59,810 nt of DNA from a virus (IMGVR_UViG_3300035182_000400:1-59810), one strand, 5' to 3'. Shown: positions 26,936 through 37,537, counted from the stretch's first letter. Numbers and translations: made by a program. The notes: generated from the letters alone by a model not told the origin.

Positions 26936-28419
26936 AATTCTTTTCTATTTTGCAACATCTTCTTTTGGTTCTCAATAATTTCTTCGTAGTCTGACAGGAA
27001 TATCAATTTCTTTTTTGCTCTAGTAATTGCTACGTATAGCAAATTATCTTCCTGTTTTAATTGCCAGTCTTGAACTGCGAATCTATTAGGAATTAACTCT
27101 GGACAGAGAATAAATACATTGTCGTTTTCTAATCCTTTAGATTTATGTATTGTAGATAGACATATACCCTCCCCTTGTTCTTTAAATATTTGCTTTATGT
27201 TTTCCTTTAAATTCTTTGTGTAAGACAAGCCTTCTGATAAAACCGATAGTATATCAAACTTTTGATTCATGCCATCTATCTTCTCAGAATTGTCTGGATT
27301 TCTCATTCCTAATTTAATCAACTTCATACGCTCTTTTTGTATGGTCTGCTTATATTTAACTAACATACTTTTAGTTGTTTCGCATCCTATTTTATTTACA
27401 AGTGATATCAGACCGACACCGATGTCTTTACCTTTGACAAAAGATTTTACGCCAATGGATAAAAAATACAAATTAGCAAGTATTAACGGCTTCAAATTCC
27501 TACACAGAACCCAATCTCCACTTCGTATTTCGTCTATGAATCCATCTCTAACAATCCCACTCTTATTTTCTTTGAAAGGCTCAATTTGAGGATTTATTTT
27601 CCTTGCCCTTTCAACTATTCTAGTCCCACATCTGTAATTGACTGACAGAGGCAATTCTATCGTATTATCGAATAAAGTTTTAAGACGTGTGTAACTATCT
27701 ATGTCTGCTCCAGCAAATCCATATATAGCTTGACTTGGGTCTCCAACAGCAATTAGCCTTCCATCTTTCTTTAAAATCTTAGTTATTATGTTTTGTTGGC
27801 ATCTGGAAAGGTCTTGACTCTCATCAACAAAAACGTAATCAAATTTAGCAACCCTTAAATCTTCTGAAACAACACGGTAAATCATGTCGGTGAAATCGAA
27901 TACTTTATCATCCTTATCCATCAACTTGAGAACTTCAACAGCCATATCTGCCTCTTCTTCAGAAATATTTATATCGTGATGAAATGCGAGTTGTATAACC
28001 TCTTCTTTGTCAAATGTAAGGGTCATCCTCATTAAATCTACTATATTAGACAATATATATTGATAATATGCTGTTCTCTTTATATCAACCTTGTTTTTTA
28101 TTAACACTTTCTTTATATGGTCTAAAGATTTGTTGGGCTTCAATTCAGACTTATATCCTTTGCTTTTCATTACAGACCGCCAACAGAATGAATGCATAGT
28201 TGTTACCACTACATCTCTTCTCTTTATCCTAGATTTCAACTCCTCAACGATAGCATTGTTGAAAGCTAAAAATGCAATATCTTTGCCTTTAGGAACTAGA
28301 TTCAGACATCCTATCAGAGTTGTTGTTTTCCCTGACCCAGCGACAGCACCGATGATAATATTTGTATTAGAATCTACAATCTCCTTATAAATCCTTTTTT
28401 GATATTTAGAATCTTCCAT
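26932..28419 (-). CDS. SF1 UvrD/Rep-like DNA helicase
   Basis: AVAGSGKTT, VDESQD, VGDPSQAIYGF, NYRC, TIHKSKGLE, YVAITRAK. Confidence 0.95.
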   Translation of the reverse strand: MEDSKYQKRIYKEIVDSNTNIIIGAVAGSGKTTTLIGCLNLVPKGKDIAFLAFNNAIVEELKSRIKRRDVVVTTMHSFCWRSVMKSKGYKSELKPNKSLDHIKKVLIKNKVDIKRTAYYQYILSNIVDLMRMTLTFDKEEVIQLAFHHDINISEEEADMAVEVLKLMDKDDKVFDFTDMIYRVVSEDLRVAKFDYVFVDESQDLSRCQQNIITKILKKDGRLIAVGDPSQAIYGFAGADIDSYTRLKTLFDNTIELPLSVNYRCGTRIVERARKINPQIEPFKENKSGIVRDGFIDEIRSGDWVLCRNLKPLILANLYFLSIGVKSFVKGKDIGVGLISLVNKIGCETTKSMLVKYKQTIQKERMKLIKLGMRNPDNSEKIDGMNQKFDILSVLSEGLSYTKNLKENIKQIFKEQGEGICLSTIHKSKGLENDNVFILCPELIPNRFAVQDWQLKQEDNLLYVAITRAKKKLIFLSDYEEIIENQKKMLQNRKEL

Positions 28420-28421
28420 GT

Positions 28422-28748
28422 TTAATTAGTATAGAATCTCCAAAGATGTCTCTCACTAAATTTGAATTTCGTCTTAGGCTTTGATGCAAATTTGCCATTA
28501 AAAACAGAATTAAATCCTGCAATATTGCCTTGATTGAAAATAGAACTACAAAGGAAATCATTTATAAGAACTCCCTCAAATTGCAAATAAGGTGCTGTAT
28601 GGACAGTTCCTCCAACAGGTGGCTCGAATGAAGTAACAAGAAAGAAATCGACATTATCTCCTATCTGAACCTCCAGTAAATCGTGTCCTGCATCTGTTAG
28701 TGCAGTAACCTCATTCACAAGTTCTGCATACATTTTATTATTCTTCAT
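28422..28748 (-). CDS. Hypothetical protein
   Basis: 108-aa ORF. Confidence 0.6.
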   Translation of the reverse strand: MKNNKMYAELVNEVTALTDAGHDLLEVQIGDNVDFFLVTSFEPPVGGTVHTAPYLQFEGVLINDFLCSSIFNQGNIAGFNSVFNGKFASKPKTKFKFSERHLWRFYTN

Positions 28749-29355
28749 CTTCGCTGAATATTACAATTTGTTTCTTAATTTTCTTAATAGAATTTTGGTA
28801 TTGTGAAGAAGTCACTCTGCTCTTTCTATTTAAGAATTCATCCTTCTTTTCGTTTAATAACTTTGACTTCAATACTAAGGTATCTACTTTATCTAAATCA
28901 AGAAATGTTATAAGGAAATCAATGTCATATTGGCTAGAGTTTTGAATAGCTGGTCTATGAATCTCATGCTTGTGAAAGTCCTGAAATTTCTCACTAGTTC
29001 TAACCTCTTTCTGAAACATCCTGAACAGGCTTCTAGTTAAAGATTTATTGTAGTAAAAGTAAAAGCAACTCTTAGCATGAACTTTGTAATTTGAAACACA
29101 TTTGTCTAAAACTATATAGCATTCAGTTTCTATCTCATCCTTTTCAAGACACTCGTGATTTACACTAGAATTTCTAAAGAGCATCTGATAGTTAGTTACG
29201 TTCTTAATGACTATTTTCTTCATCATTTTAAACAACTCAAACTTTAAATCTGAGACTAATCTTTCATTACCACTCTTTTGTATTTTAAGGATGTAGCCAT
29301 TAACCCTTTTCCTGTTAAATTCTGGCTCTGCTATTTTGAATAATGTAAAATGCAT
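28738..29355 (-). CDS. Putative divergent sigma-factor-like protein
   Basis: Region-2-like DEIETECYIVLDKCVSNY...FYFYYNKSL; region-4-like helical C-terminus. Confidence 0.45.
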   Translation of the reverse strand: MHFTLFKIAEPEFNRKRVNGYILKIQKSGNERLVSDLKFELFKMMKKIVIKNVTNYQMLFRNSSVNHECLEKDEIETECYIVLDKCVSNYKVHAKSCFYFYYNKSLTRSLFRMFQKEVRTSEKFQDFHKHEIHRPAIQNSSQYDIDFLITFLDLDKVDTLVLKSKLLNEKKDEFLNRKSRVTSSQYQNSIKKIKKQIVIFSEDEE

Positions 29356-29666
29356 CAGCCTTTGAATTTTTTGATTAACTCTTTGTTCTTAACGTATTTT
29401 TGCTCCTTGATATCTTTCTTGTAATGCTCTCTGGAACGCTTCGTTAAAACAGCTTGTTTCTGGTCTGGGGTCATAGAGTTAAACTTATTAATGCCCCAAG
29501 AAGGAGTATAGCCTAAACACTTCAAAATCCTAGATTCATCATTTGGACATTTAACATCGTTTTCCTCCTTTTCTTCTTCAGTCATTTCTATAACGAAGTT
29601 ATTCTTGTTATTACCGCAAGAGCAGTCTAAACAACAGAAATTATATTTTTTCATTGTGCTATCCAT
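29355..29666 (-). CDS. FmdB-like zinc-ribbon protein
   Basis: YNFCCLDC...VKCPN. Confidence 0.5.
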   Translation of the reverse strand: MDSTMKKYNFCCLDCSCGNNKNNFVIEMTEEEKEENDVKCPNDESRILKCLGYTPSWGINKFNSMTPDQKQAVLTKRSREHYKKDIKEQKYVKNKELIKKFKG

Positions 29667-30201
29667 TAATCTTAGATTTTAGTAAGTGTAAAATATGAAT
29701 AGCATCTGCTTCATTATCATCAGAACCTTTATAGCCCCATAATCTTTCAGCAAATTCAATCATTAAAGGTTTGCCAGCATTACCACTTGATGTGGCGAAT
29801 TTTTTAATCTCTGCTGCAGAGAACTCAATGTATTCAACTCCTAGTTCGGTACTCAATTTTTCTATTATACAAATCAATTTACTTGAGTGTATAATAGGAT
29901 TTATGTTCCTACCTGACGGCAATTCATAAGCTACTACATTTATGCCGTTCTTAATAATAAATTCTTTCAATCTGGACTCGAATCTAATCCATTTCATGCC
30001 TTGACTTTCCTTGCTCTTTATAGACAAATCCCACATATCGCATCGGTAATTCTCGCCAACTAATTCCCAAGCTATTCCGCATTTTGTAGCTTGGTCGATA
30101 GCCATAATATTTATATTCGTAGGTTTGCTAGCTGTTTTTATCTTTCTTGCCCTACCGACTTTATCATCGATTAATTTCTGTTTTGATTTTGTCTTAGCCA
30201 T
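29659..30201 (-). CDS. ruvC: RuvC-like Holliday junction resolvase
   Basis: IMAIDQATKCG, VAYE, IKKFATSSGNAGK, DNEADAI. Confidence 0.85.
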   Translation of the reverse strand: MAKTKSKQKLIDDKVGRARKIKTASKPTNINIMAIDQATKCGIAWELVGENYRCDMWDLSIKSKESQGMKWIRFESRLKEFIIKNGINVVAYELPSGRNINPIIHSSKLICIIEKLSTELGVEYIEFSAAEIKKFATSSGNAGKPLMIEFAERLWGYKGSDDNEADAIHILHLLKSKING

Positions 30202-30202
30202 A

Positions 30203-32068
30203 TCAATTTAAAATTCGACTGACTCCGTCAATCTTTTTTATGTATAATTCGTTCTCTGCTCCCACAGGGTCATTTCTATGCGAAACAACCATCGTAGTAA
30301 CCCCAATATGTTCTAAGATATTCACAACATCTCTTTGTCCAGTCGCATCTAATCCATCAAATACTTCATCTAATATCAACAAATTAAGTCCACCTGTTGG
30401 AGCAGACATATTCATTAACTTCTGAAGTCCCACGATATTAGCAAGATTTATACGACCTTTCTCACCTCCAGAATATCTCTTGAAACTGCCTAAATTACTA
30501 CCATTCCTCAAAATAGAAACGTTAATCTTCTCAGACAGTTCACCGTTTTTTAACTCTGTAAATCCATCAATCTGAACTTGCAAATCTGAATTGAACTTCT
30601 TTAAATAACTGTTCGTCATACCTTCGATTATCTTCACACTCTTATTACTTAAATAAGTGCTGAATCCTTTCTTACCAAAGTGGTGAATCCAAAAGTCTAT
30701 ATCAGAAATTTCTCCTTTGAGTAAATCTAGTTCTTCATTCTTAAAACGCTTCTGTTTCTCAGTTTCTGCTAATTTTAGTCTAACTTCCTTAATCTTGCTC
30801 TTATTATCAGAAATCTTAGATAATTTTTCTATTGAGTCTTTTAATTTTTCTCTGTTCCTATTATTTGTATCAATCTCGTCATTTATACCTTTTATCTTAT
30901 TTTCAAGCCTATTAATCTTCAAAACTAATTCTTGCTTTTTTGTAGATTGTTCTTTTATAGTATTAATTTCTTGTTCTTTTAAGACTATTTTCTTTTGTAT
31001 TTTCTTCACGTTTGACTTGGCAATCTGCAACTCTTCTTCAGAGTATTCTATCAATTCATCAATCTCTGAAACATCAATCTCGGATGAAGGATTGAACTCA
31101 TGGTCGCAAGCTGGACAAGATATTGCACCTTCTTTTATAGTTCCTAAATGTTCTATTGTGGATTCTATATTTCTTGTTTTGATTTTAGCTTTCTTTAACT
31201 TGTCTTCTATTAAATCTAAAGACAGCCTTGCCTCTTTTAAAGTGCTCTCGTCAACATTAATAAGGTTGTTCTTGTTCTTCAATTCTTTAACTAGGATTCC
31301 TTGTTCACCTTTAGCCACTATCAACATATCAGTTTCTGATTGTAAGGCAACTATATCCTCTTTGAGATGTCTTATCTCTGTATCATTAGAATCAACTTTA
31401 GAATTTCTCAATTCATCAATGTCTTGTTCGTAAACCTCAATTTTAGAATCTAAGGAATTTATTGAATCTTCTATTTTTCTTAGTTTTGAAGACTCTAATT
31501 CTTTCTTCTGTATTTTCAGATTATCTACAATAGTACTAATTTTATCAGTATTCGATAACCTAGATATTATGTTTTTCTTTTCTGTATCGTTCACAGTCAA
31601 GAATGAAAAATTGGTATCTTGCCCTATAATAAAAAAATGTAATAAATCTTCTCTAGACAAACCAATCAATTCATATATCCTTTGATTAGCTTCATTGACT
31701 GATGTTATCTCCTTGTTGAGTTCATTATTTTCCCAGATTTCAACCCTAGCAGATTTCTTTCTATGAAACCATCTTCTGATTGACAATTCATTTACATCAC
31801 TTAATTGATTATCAAGATTAAATTCGACATAAGTACAATCTTCTCCATCTTGTATAAAATCTTCTTTGTTAACATCTCTACAAGTCAAACCAGTCGTTGC
31901 TAAGGATATTGCTTCAATCAACGTGGATTTACCAGAACCATTACTGTCTGCTCCAGGGTCAGTATCATTAACCCCGAATACCATCGTACATCTATTTCTT
32001 GAGAACTCGTACTCTGTTTCTGAGTGCGTCATCAAGGCTGTCATCTTTATTGACTTTGCTTGCCACAT
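30203..32068 (-). CDS. sbcC: SbcC/Rad50-like ATPase (gp46-like)
   Basis: Walker A NGSGKS, coiled coils, zinc hook CPAC, signature SGGE, Walker B LILDEVFDGLD; start placed at MWQAK. Confidence 0.93.
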   Translation of the reverse strand: MWQAKSIKMTALMTHSETEYEFSRNRCTMVFGVNDTDPGADSNGSGKSTLIEAISLATTGLTCRDVNKEDFIQDGEDCTYVEFNLDNQLSDVNELSIRRWFHRKKSARVEIWENNELNKEITSVNEANQRIYELIGLSREDLLHFFIIGQDTNFSFLTVNDTEKKNIISRLSNTDKISTIVDNLKIQKKELESSKLRKIEDSINSLDSKIEVYEQDIDELRNSKVDSNDTEIRHLKEDIVALQSETDMLIVAKGEQGILVKELKNKNNLINVDESTLKEARLSLDLIEDKLKKAKIKTRNIESTIEHLGTIKEGAISCPACDHEFNPSSEIDVSEIDELIEYSEEELQIAKSNVKKIQKKIVLKEQEINTIKEQSTKKQELVLKINRLENKIKGINDEIDTNNRNREKLKDSIEKLSKISDNKSKIKEVRLKLAETEKQKRFKNEELDLLKGEISDIDFWIHHFGKKGFSTYLSNKSVKIIEGMTNSYLKKFNSDLQVQIDGFTELKNGELSEKINVSILRNGSNLGSFKRYSGGEKGRINLANIVGLQKLMNMSAPTGGLNLLILDEVFDGLDATGQRDVVNILEHIGVTTMVVSHRNDPVGAENELYIKKIDGVSRILN

Positions 32069-32426
32069 ACTTAACTTTATTAGGATTTTGTACAAATTTA
32101 AAATTAGGAGGCAAATAAATTTCCCCAACTCTCTTATGTATTGCTTTGACTATATCTAACTTTGATTTAGATTTCAATATATCATTAGCAGATTTTAAGG
32201 TCTTTGATAATTTAGTGTAATACGGTGTCAATCTTGTGCCTGTTACTGCTTCTGTAACCATCCAAAGAACTAATTTACCCTTTATTTTTTTACTTATGAA
32301 AAAATCAAAATTATCAAATTCTTCAAATTTTATCGGTTTGCCATCTACTTTCTTAAAGCTGTTGCCACATCTGATATAACAACTTTCAGAACACCTCTTA
32401 TATTTTCTTGCTATGACTCTTTTCAT
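31992..32426 (-). CDS. Basic hypothetical protein inserted between sbcD and sbcC
   Basis: 144 aa; ATGA overlap with sbcD and about 77-nt overlap with the sbcC start. Confidence 0.55.
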   Translation of the reverse strand: MKRVIARKYKRCSESCYIRCGNSFKKVDGKPIKFEEFDNFDFFISKKIKGKLVLWMVTEAVTGTRLTPYYTKLSKTLKSANDILKSKSKLDIVKAIHKRVGEIYLPPNFKFVQNPNKVKYVASKVNKDDSLDDALRNRVRVLKK

Positions 32427-33454
32427 AACTTCAAATACTTTAATCCTTGTTTTCGATTATCTGTCGAAATATTCTGAATTCTGCAATAGTCAATAAAATG
32501 CTTAGTTATCTTCTTAGAATCCATTTGTGTGAATTCACCTTCTTCAACTTTCAGAATCTCACCATTTATTTCTTCTGACTCGAATTTACAATCTATTCCT
32601 TCATCTGTAAATTTTGAAAGGTTTATTTTGTCAATATCAGTCTTACTTCCTTGAAATATGAACCTTACATTGTCTTCTGTTTCTCTGTGAAATTCTAATT
32701 CATTTTCTATTGAAGATACATCTGAAGCGTCAAGTTTTACCTTTATATATCTTTTAAATTTAGATTGTACAAATTCAAGACTGCCATCTGATTTTATCAA
32801 TGTGAATCCTTTATCAGAAATATTCTCTCCATAATTAGCTTGATATGCAGAACCTATGTAATGTATAAAATTTCCTATTAAAGAAGCATCATGGTAGTGA
32901 CCAACTAAAACCTTATCCCATTTTTTCATACGCTTAACTGAGATACCATCTTCAACAATACTCCCGTCATTATTGCGAACTCCGTTGAATGATTTATGAG
33001 TTATTAGTATGTTTATCGCTTTGTTTTTTGACTTAGAAACTTTTTCTAAATCTTCTAATCTTTTTGAATAAGAACCAGTAAAATAAGGCAGAAAACCTAT
33101 AAATACATTTCCAATTATTATGTGACCACTATCTCTTATTAAAGTGAAAGATTTGTAGCCATCAAATACATCTAAATAGCTTGATTCACTATCTTGGTCT
33201 GTCTTGTCATGATTGCCCCCAATACCTATAATTTCTAGGCCATATGAATCAACTATATTAAAGATTTTCTTCATCCTTAGTAATGTCTGAAGATTTTGTC
33301 CGATTCTATTGGTGAACCAATCTCCAGCGTGACTTATAGTATTACAACCTTCTGATTTACACAACTCGCAAGCTTGGATGAAAATATCCTCAACTAAGTC
33401 AAGATTGTCTTTTTTCAAATGTGTATCTGTTAATAGTACTGATATAGTCTTCAT
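32423..33454 (-). CDS. sbcD: SbcD/Mre11-like metallophosphoesterase nuclease (gp47-like)
   Basis: TDTH, AGDWF, GNHD, THK, GHYH, YIGS. Confidence 0.93.
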   Translation of the reverse strand: MKTISVLLTDTHLKKDNLDLVEDIFIQACELCKSEGCNTISHAGDWFTNRIGQNLQTLLRMKKIFNIVDSYGLEIIGIGGNHDKTDQDSESSYLDVFDGYKSFTLIRDSGHIIIGNVFIGFLPYFTGSYSKRLEDLEKVSKSKNKAINILITHKSFNGVRNNDGSIVEDGISVKRMKKWDKVLVGHYHDASLIGNFIHYIGSAYQANYGENISDKGFTLIKSDGSLEFVQSKFKRYIKVKLDASDVSSIENELEFHRETEDNVRFIFQGSKTDIDKINLSKFTDEGIDCKFESEEINGEILKVEEGEFTQMDSKKITKHFIDYCRIQNISTDNRKQGLKYLKL

Positions 33455-33484
33455 CCTTATTCGGTATTTTTATAATAAACTATG

Positions 33485-34573
33485 CTAGTGAGATGGATAC
33501 CGTTCTTCAGTCACATCATCGTGTCTAACATCGGTTATTTTCTTAGTCAATATGTCTAACAATTTATTTCTTTCATAATAAAGCTCAAAGAAAGTCCTCT
33601 TGCTCTTCCATTGCATTTTACCCATGAAATCATAAACTGTAGCAGATTTCTTTTTGATTATATTTTTGTCTACAGCATATTGTATATCTTCATCTGAAAG
33701 AATTATACCATATCCTAACAATATTGTTACTTTCGTTTTCTTTCTGCTCCCAAAGTCATTCTTAACAACTTTCATCTCGGTGTATTGTGCAACTTCTATC
33801 TCATCAATTTTCTCATGTCCAACTAAAGTTGTTCTTAATCTAATGGTAGGAAAAAATTGTATCCATTCTCCACCTCCTGATTTCTTCTCCTTTGACATAC
33901 CACCTATTTGGTCGTGTACGTGATTCAAAATTATAAAATGCACAATAGAGTTATACATCTCTCCAGTTAGAAATTTAGCAAACATTTTAGCAGATTTAGC
34001 AAAAGACGCCATTTGAGCATGTTTCAATTCTGATATGTCCTGACCTTTAGCTAGTTTGGATTCCATAGTCTTGGTATTCTCTTCTAAAGTGTCTAATTCA
34101 GCCTTAGACAACGTTGCACCTAAAGAATCCCACATGAAATAAAACTTTGGATTTTCATCCATACCCTCTTCTTTGAAGATTTTTTTAACATCTTCTATTA
34201 ATTTTTTGACCTTCATAAACATCTCCTCAACATACCTTATCTTTATGATAACTACTTTGGAGGGGTCAATACCTATTTTGATAGCATAATCCTTGTTATC
34301 TCTATTCTCTGAAGAAAGTATGACAGCAATCCCATCCTTTTGTTTCTTTAAGAAATGCTTCATTCCTTGTAATGCTAAAGTTGTCTTGCCAGACCTAGAA
34401 AGTCCAGCAATCTCTATCATTCCTGTGGGGAAACCTAGCACTCCTAAGTTGTAATCCAATTCAGGACTTCCTGTTGGAACCCAACTTTTGTTGTCTCTGA
34501 AGTTATCCTTGTCAGAAAATTTAACAACATCTTCACTATTGAATCTCTTAACTAATTTATCAACAACGCTCAT
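33485..34573 (-). CDS. recA: RecA/UvsX-like recombinase
   Basis: PTGSPELD, Walker A GLSRSGKTT, WDSLGA, ILNH, SGGG, KVVKN. Confidence 0.92.
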   Translation of the reverse strand: MSVVDKLVKRFNSEDVVKFSDKDNFRDNKSWVPTGSPELDYNLGVLGFPTGMIEIAGLSRSGKTTLALQGMKHFLKKQKDGIAVILSSENRDNKDYAIKIGIDPSKVVIIKIRYVEEMFMKVKKLIEDVKKIFKEEGMDENPKFYFMWDSLGATLSKAELDTLEENTKTMESKLAKGQDISELKHAQMASFAKSAKMFAKFLTGEMYNSIVHFIILNHVHDQIGGMSKEKKSGGGEWIQFFPTIRLRTTLVGHEKIDEIEVAQYTEMKVVKNDFGSRKKTKVTILLGYGIILSDEDIQYAVDKNIIKKKSATVYDFMGKMQWKSKRTFFELYYERNKLLDILTKKITDVRHDDVTEERYPSH

Positions 34574-34586
34574 AATTTTAATGTTT

Positions 34587-34614
34587 AAAAAAGGGGAGCA
34601 ATTAACTCCCCTTT
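34587..34614 (-). terminator. Intrinsic terminator after ssb
   Basis: AAAGGGGAG/CTCCCCTTT stem plus U tract. Confidence 0.8.
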
Positions 34615-34633
34615 CATATTATAAATTCAAAGA

Positions 34634-35794
34634 TTACTTTTTACCTTTTTTCAGTCTTGCACGAATATCATCCATACTCATCTTTCCTTTGGTCTTAGGC
34701 TTTTCGTCTTCATCCTCATCGTCTTCATCATCATCGTCTTCATCCTCATCGTCTTCATCCTCTTCAACAACTACTTTTTTGACAGGCTTTTTCTTTGGAG
34801 TTGGTTTTTCATCCTCATCTTCATCCTCATCGTCTTCATCTTCATCCTCATCCTCATCCTCATCCTCATCTTCATCGTCTTCAACAACTACTTTCTTAGA
34901 AGTTTTCTTAGGCTCAGGCTTCTTAGAAGTTTTCTTCTTAGGTTTTTCATCTTCGTCATCGTCATCGTCATCAGAATCTCCGTATTGAGACTTAACCTTC
35001 TCAACAATCTCTAACCAATCTTCATCATCAAAGAAATCAATCTCATGCTCAGAATCAAAGAATCTTAAACCTTCTAAAGCAAGTTCAAAATCTTTAGTGC
35101 TATACACGTTCAAATAAAGTTCTTGTAATGACTTAGCCTTATCGAACTTCTCAAGATTTTCATCTGAAATCGGTGTTGCTTTCTTTCCTACAGACACCTC
35201 GTAGTAATCTTCACCTTTTTTCTTATTAGGCTTAGAATTATATTTAATCAACAAAGGCAGACCTTCGTCAATATCAGTGAATGGGTCAACTTCAATCGGT
35301 TCATCATCATCCTCTACAAAAGTGGCTTTATTGATAGCATCACGAACAGTTTTCTTAAAAGAAATCAATCCAAATTCTCTTTGTTCTTTTGAGATTTTTT
35401 CTGAATAAGCAATCCAAGAATGCTCTGCTCCAAGACCACCTTTCCAGTCAGTTACTTTAGAAAGTTTATCCTTATCATCAAGGTGTTTTTTGCAGTAATC
35501 AACATACTCATCAATTACATCTAATTTTGTTCCTCCATGTTGTCTAGAGTTCAATACAGTTCTCTTGACTGGGTCTCCATTCTCACCTTCGATAGTAAGC
35601 CAATGTCTCTTTCTTAATATAAAGAAATCCACACCGTCATGAGCTGGGAATAATCGGAACTTGTTTGTTTTTCCTTCTTCAATTTCCAAGAACTCATTTT
35701 TTGAAAATGCTCCTATGAGCTCATTTTCTTTGTCTACCTTTTGTTTAAGTAAATCAACCTTCGCAGGCTTGTACTTGCTTCTTAAATTTGCCAT
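34634..35794 (-). CDS. gp32-like single-stranded DNA-binding protein with long acidic/basic tail
   Basis: NKFRLFP, DPFTDIDEG, YYEVS core; D/E blocks; located between a UvsY-like gene and recA. Confidence 0.8.
   Translation of the reverse strand: MANLRSKYKPAKVDLLKQKVDKENELIGAFSKNEFLEIEEGKTNKFRLFPAHDGVDFFILRKRHWLTIEGENGDPVKRTVLNSRQHGGTKLDVIDEYVDYCKKHLDDKDKLSKVTDWKGGLGAEHSWIAYSEKISKEQREFGLISFKKTVRDAINKATFVEDDDEPIEVDPFTDIDEGLPLLIKYNSKPNKKKGEDYYEVSVGKKATPISDENLEKFDKAKSLQELYLNVYSTKDFELALEGLRFFDSEHEIDFFDDEDWLEIVEKVKSQYGDSDDDDDDEDEKPKKKTSKKPEPKKTSKKVVVEDDEDEDEDEDEDEDEDDEDEDEDEKPTPKKKPVKKVVVEEDEDDEDEDDDDEDDEDEDEKPKTKGKMSMDDIRARLKKGKK
34706..34975 (-). repeat. Low-complexity GAN codon repeats encoding poly-Asp/Glu blocks
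   Basis: (tcatcc/tcatct/tcgtct)n runs on the plus strand. Confidence 0.85.
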
Positions 35795-35823
35795 TGATTT
35801 ATTTTTATTTTTAATTAACCTTG

Positions 35824-36357
35824 TTACTTGATTTTTCCGTCCTTTATCTTAAAGTAGACATTATTCATCTGTCTTTGAATTATATCTAAATCTACATCTC
35901 CAGGTCTCAGAGTCATACTCAATTTATCCAGCTTAGTTGACTTATCCCTAGCAGCTTGATAAATAGAATACATATACTCTTTTTCTTTCTGTATTCGGTG
36001 CATTTTGACTCTCTTCACCTTCCAAATCTTATCACAAAGTAAAGCACTTTCCACCTCATCCACAGTCGCTCTTTTGACTTTGCCCTTTTCATCTGAAGTC
36101 TCCATTTCATCTCTCAACTGATTTTTTCGCTTCGCTTCGTAAATCGACAAATCCAATTTGGCTTGTTGAAATTCATTATCCATATCCGCAGCAAGTAAAC
36201 CGAATTTATTCACAACAACAGGGAATGTGATTAATTCCGCCATCAGATTTGAATAATCAATTTTCAAAATCATATCTATGTCAATATCATTGAAATCCCC
36301 AACTTCAAATTTGACTACCTTTTCGCCAATATTGAATATTAATTCTTTACTTCTCAT
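35824..36357 (-). CDS. UvsY-like recombination mediator (coiled coil)
   Basis: Helical 177 aa with ATVDEVES-type motif, adjacent to ssb and recA. Confidence 0.55.
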   Translation of the reverse strand: MRSKELIFNIGEKVVKFEVGDFNDIDIDMILKIDYSNLMAELITFPVVVNKFGLLAADMDNEFQQAKLDLSIYEAKRKNQLRDEMETSDEKGKVKRATVDEVESALLCDKIWKVKRVKMHRIQKEKEYMYSIYQAARDKSTKLDKLSMTLRPGDVDLDIIQRQMNNVYFKIKDGKIK

Positions 36358-36358
36358 A

Positions 36359-36625
36359 TTACTCTAATATTTCGTGTTTAATACTGTTTGTGTTTTGATG
36401 CACCTCAATCATCCTTTCAAGATAATCTTTGGCTTTCAATAAGTCTGTTAAATTCCTAGCCTTTGAACTTCCAGGTCTTGTGAACCTATCCAAATAACGC
36501 TTTACATTCTCTGAAGTCCAAACATCTCCATATTCAATTCCTTTTCTGTAATTCAAAGAAATCTGGTCAAACTCTTTGTCACCATATTTGGCCCTGTTTG
36601 ATTTTTCTAATTCAGTTAAATCCAT
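36359..36625 (-). CDS. DUF3310-family protein (T7 gp1.7-like; candidate nucleotide kinase)
   Basis: ENVKRYLDRF...NLTDLLKAKDYLERMI fits the DUF3310 N..KY..R...DL.KA..YL pattern. Confidence 0.65.
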   Translation of the reverse strand: MDLTELEKSNRAKYGDKEFDQISLNYRKGIEYGDVWTSENVKRYLDRFTRPGSSKARNLTDLLKAKDYLERMIEVHQNTNSIKHEILE

Positions 36626-37215
36626 TTTTGTTTGTCTATTATTTCTATTAAAATAGTCGTATTATAGTTTTTAAGATAAGGCATAGCATCAATACAAGAT
36701 TCCTTAACTCTTTGAACACAATATATTTGCTGCTCAACAAGAGCAGTATTGCCAAGGCTTAATTCCTTTTTTAGATAAAATAACATGGACAACCAATCCG
36801 CAACCTTTACTAACTTCTTTATGTGATATGGTATTTCTAAAGACATAATATCAGACATAAGTTTTTCAGAATTTCTGGACGTGTCAAACTTTTCTGCTAC
36901 TTTTTCTTTAACTATCAACTCCAGCAAATACCTTAGTTCTTCACCATGTTTAGTTCCATACTTTACACCGTGAACAATGTCTCCTGTGAACATCTCATCG
37001 AAATCATGGAACATCCCATAAGTAGTTGCAAATAGCTTATTTTGACAATCATTTTTGTCAAAAATTTCTTCAGACAACAACCTAGTAACCATAGCTACAA
37101 AGAATGAATGATGAGCTACTGTTTCATCTTTAATTCTATTTAATCCATTCCAACGAACCATATTGTTTAATTGGTCGAAATCAGGGTCATGGAAGATTTT
37201 ATCAATTATATTCAT
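36616..37215 (-). CDS. HD-domain deoxynucleotide phosphohydrolase (YfbR-like)
   Basis: VRW...ETVAHHSF...HDFDEMFTGDI...VK...VKVAD. Confidence 0.9.
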   Translation of the reverse strand: MNIIDKIFHDPDFDQLNNMVRWNGLNRIKDETVAHHSFFVAMVTRLLSEEIFDKNDCQNKLFATTYGMFHDFDEMFTGDIVHGVKYGTKHGEELRYLLELIVKEKVAEKFDTSRNSEKLMSDIMSLEIPYHIKKLVKVADWLSMLFYLKKELSLGNTALVEQQIYCVQRVKESCIDAMPYLKNYNTTILIEIIDKQKWI

Positions 37216-37531
37216 TTGCTAATATTTCTTGTTCGATAATACTTAACTCTGCTTCATTCGTTTCTTCTATTTGTGCAGATGTTCTTTTTTCAAATCTCCA
37301 AGTAGCAAATGCAGGCTCTTGCATTCTGTTAATCAATTTTATAAATATTGCAGGATTTGAAATCTCTTCTAATAAAATTCCTACCACTATATCATCATTG
37401 AAATAAATCTCTTTGACAGTATATGGTTTTCCTTTCTTGACCCAATTCACATACATATTGATTATCGGAAAAATCATTTCTGACTTTATAGAATCATTAA
37501 TACACAATACTTTATCTCCAACTTCAAACAT
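37202..37531 (-). CDS. Hypothetical SH3-like protein
   Basis: MFEVGDKVLCIND...GKPYTV...FATWRF. Confidence 0.6.
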   Translation of the reverse strand: MFEVGDKVLCINDSIKSEMIFPIINMYVNWVKKGKPYTVKEIYFNDDIVVGILLEEISNPAIFIKLINRMQEPAFATWRFEKRTSAQIEETNEAELSIIEQEILANEYN

Positions 37532-37537
37532 ATTATC

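Noticed and set aside
36616-37215. HD enzyme as DatZ of a 2-aminoadenine (Z) genome
   Set aside because: No PurZ or MazZ in the window, and the linked TS-like gene points to pyrimidine modification. Cannot be excluded for the rest of the genome.
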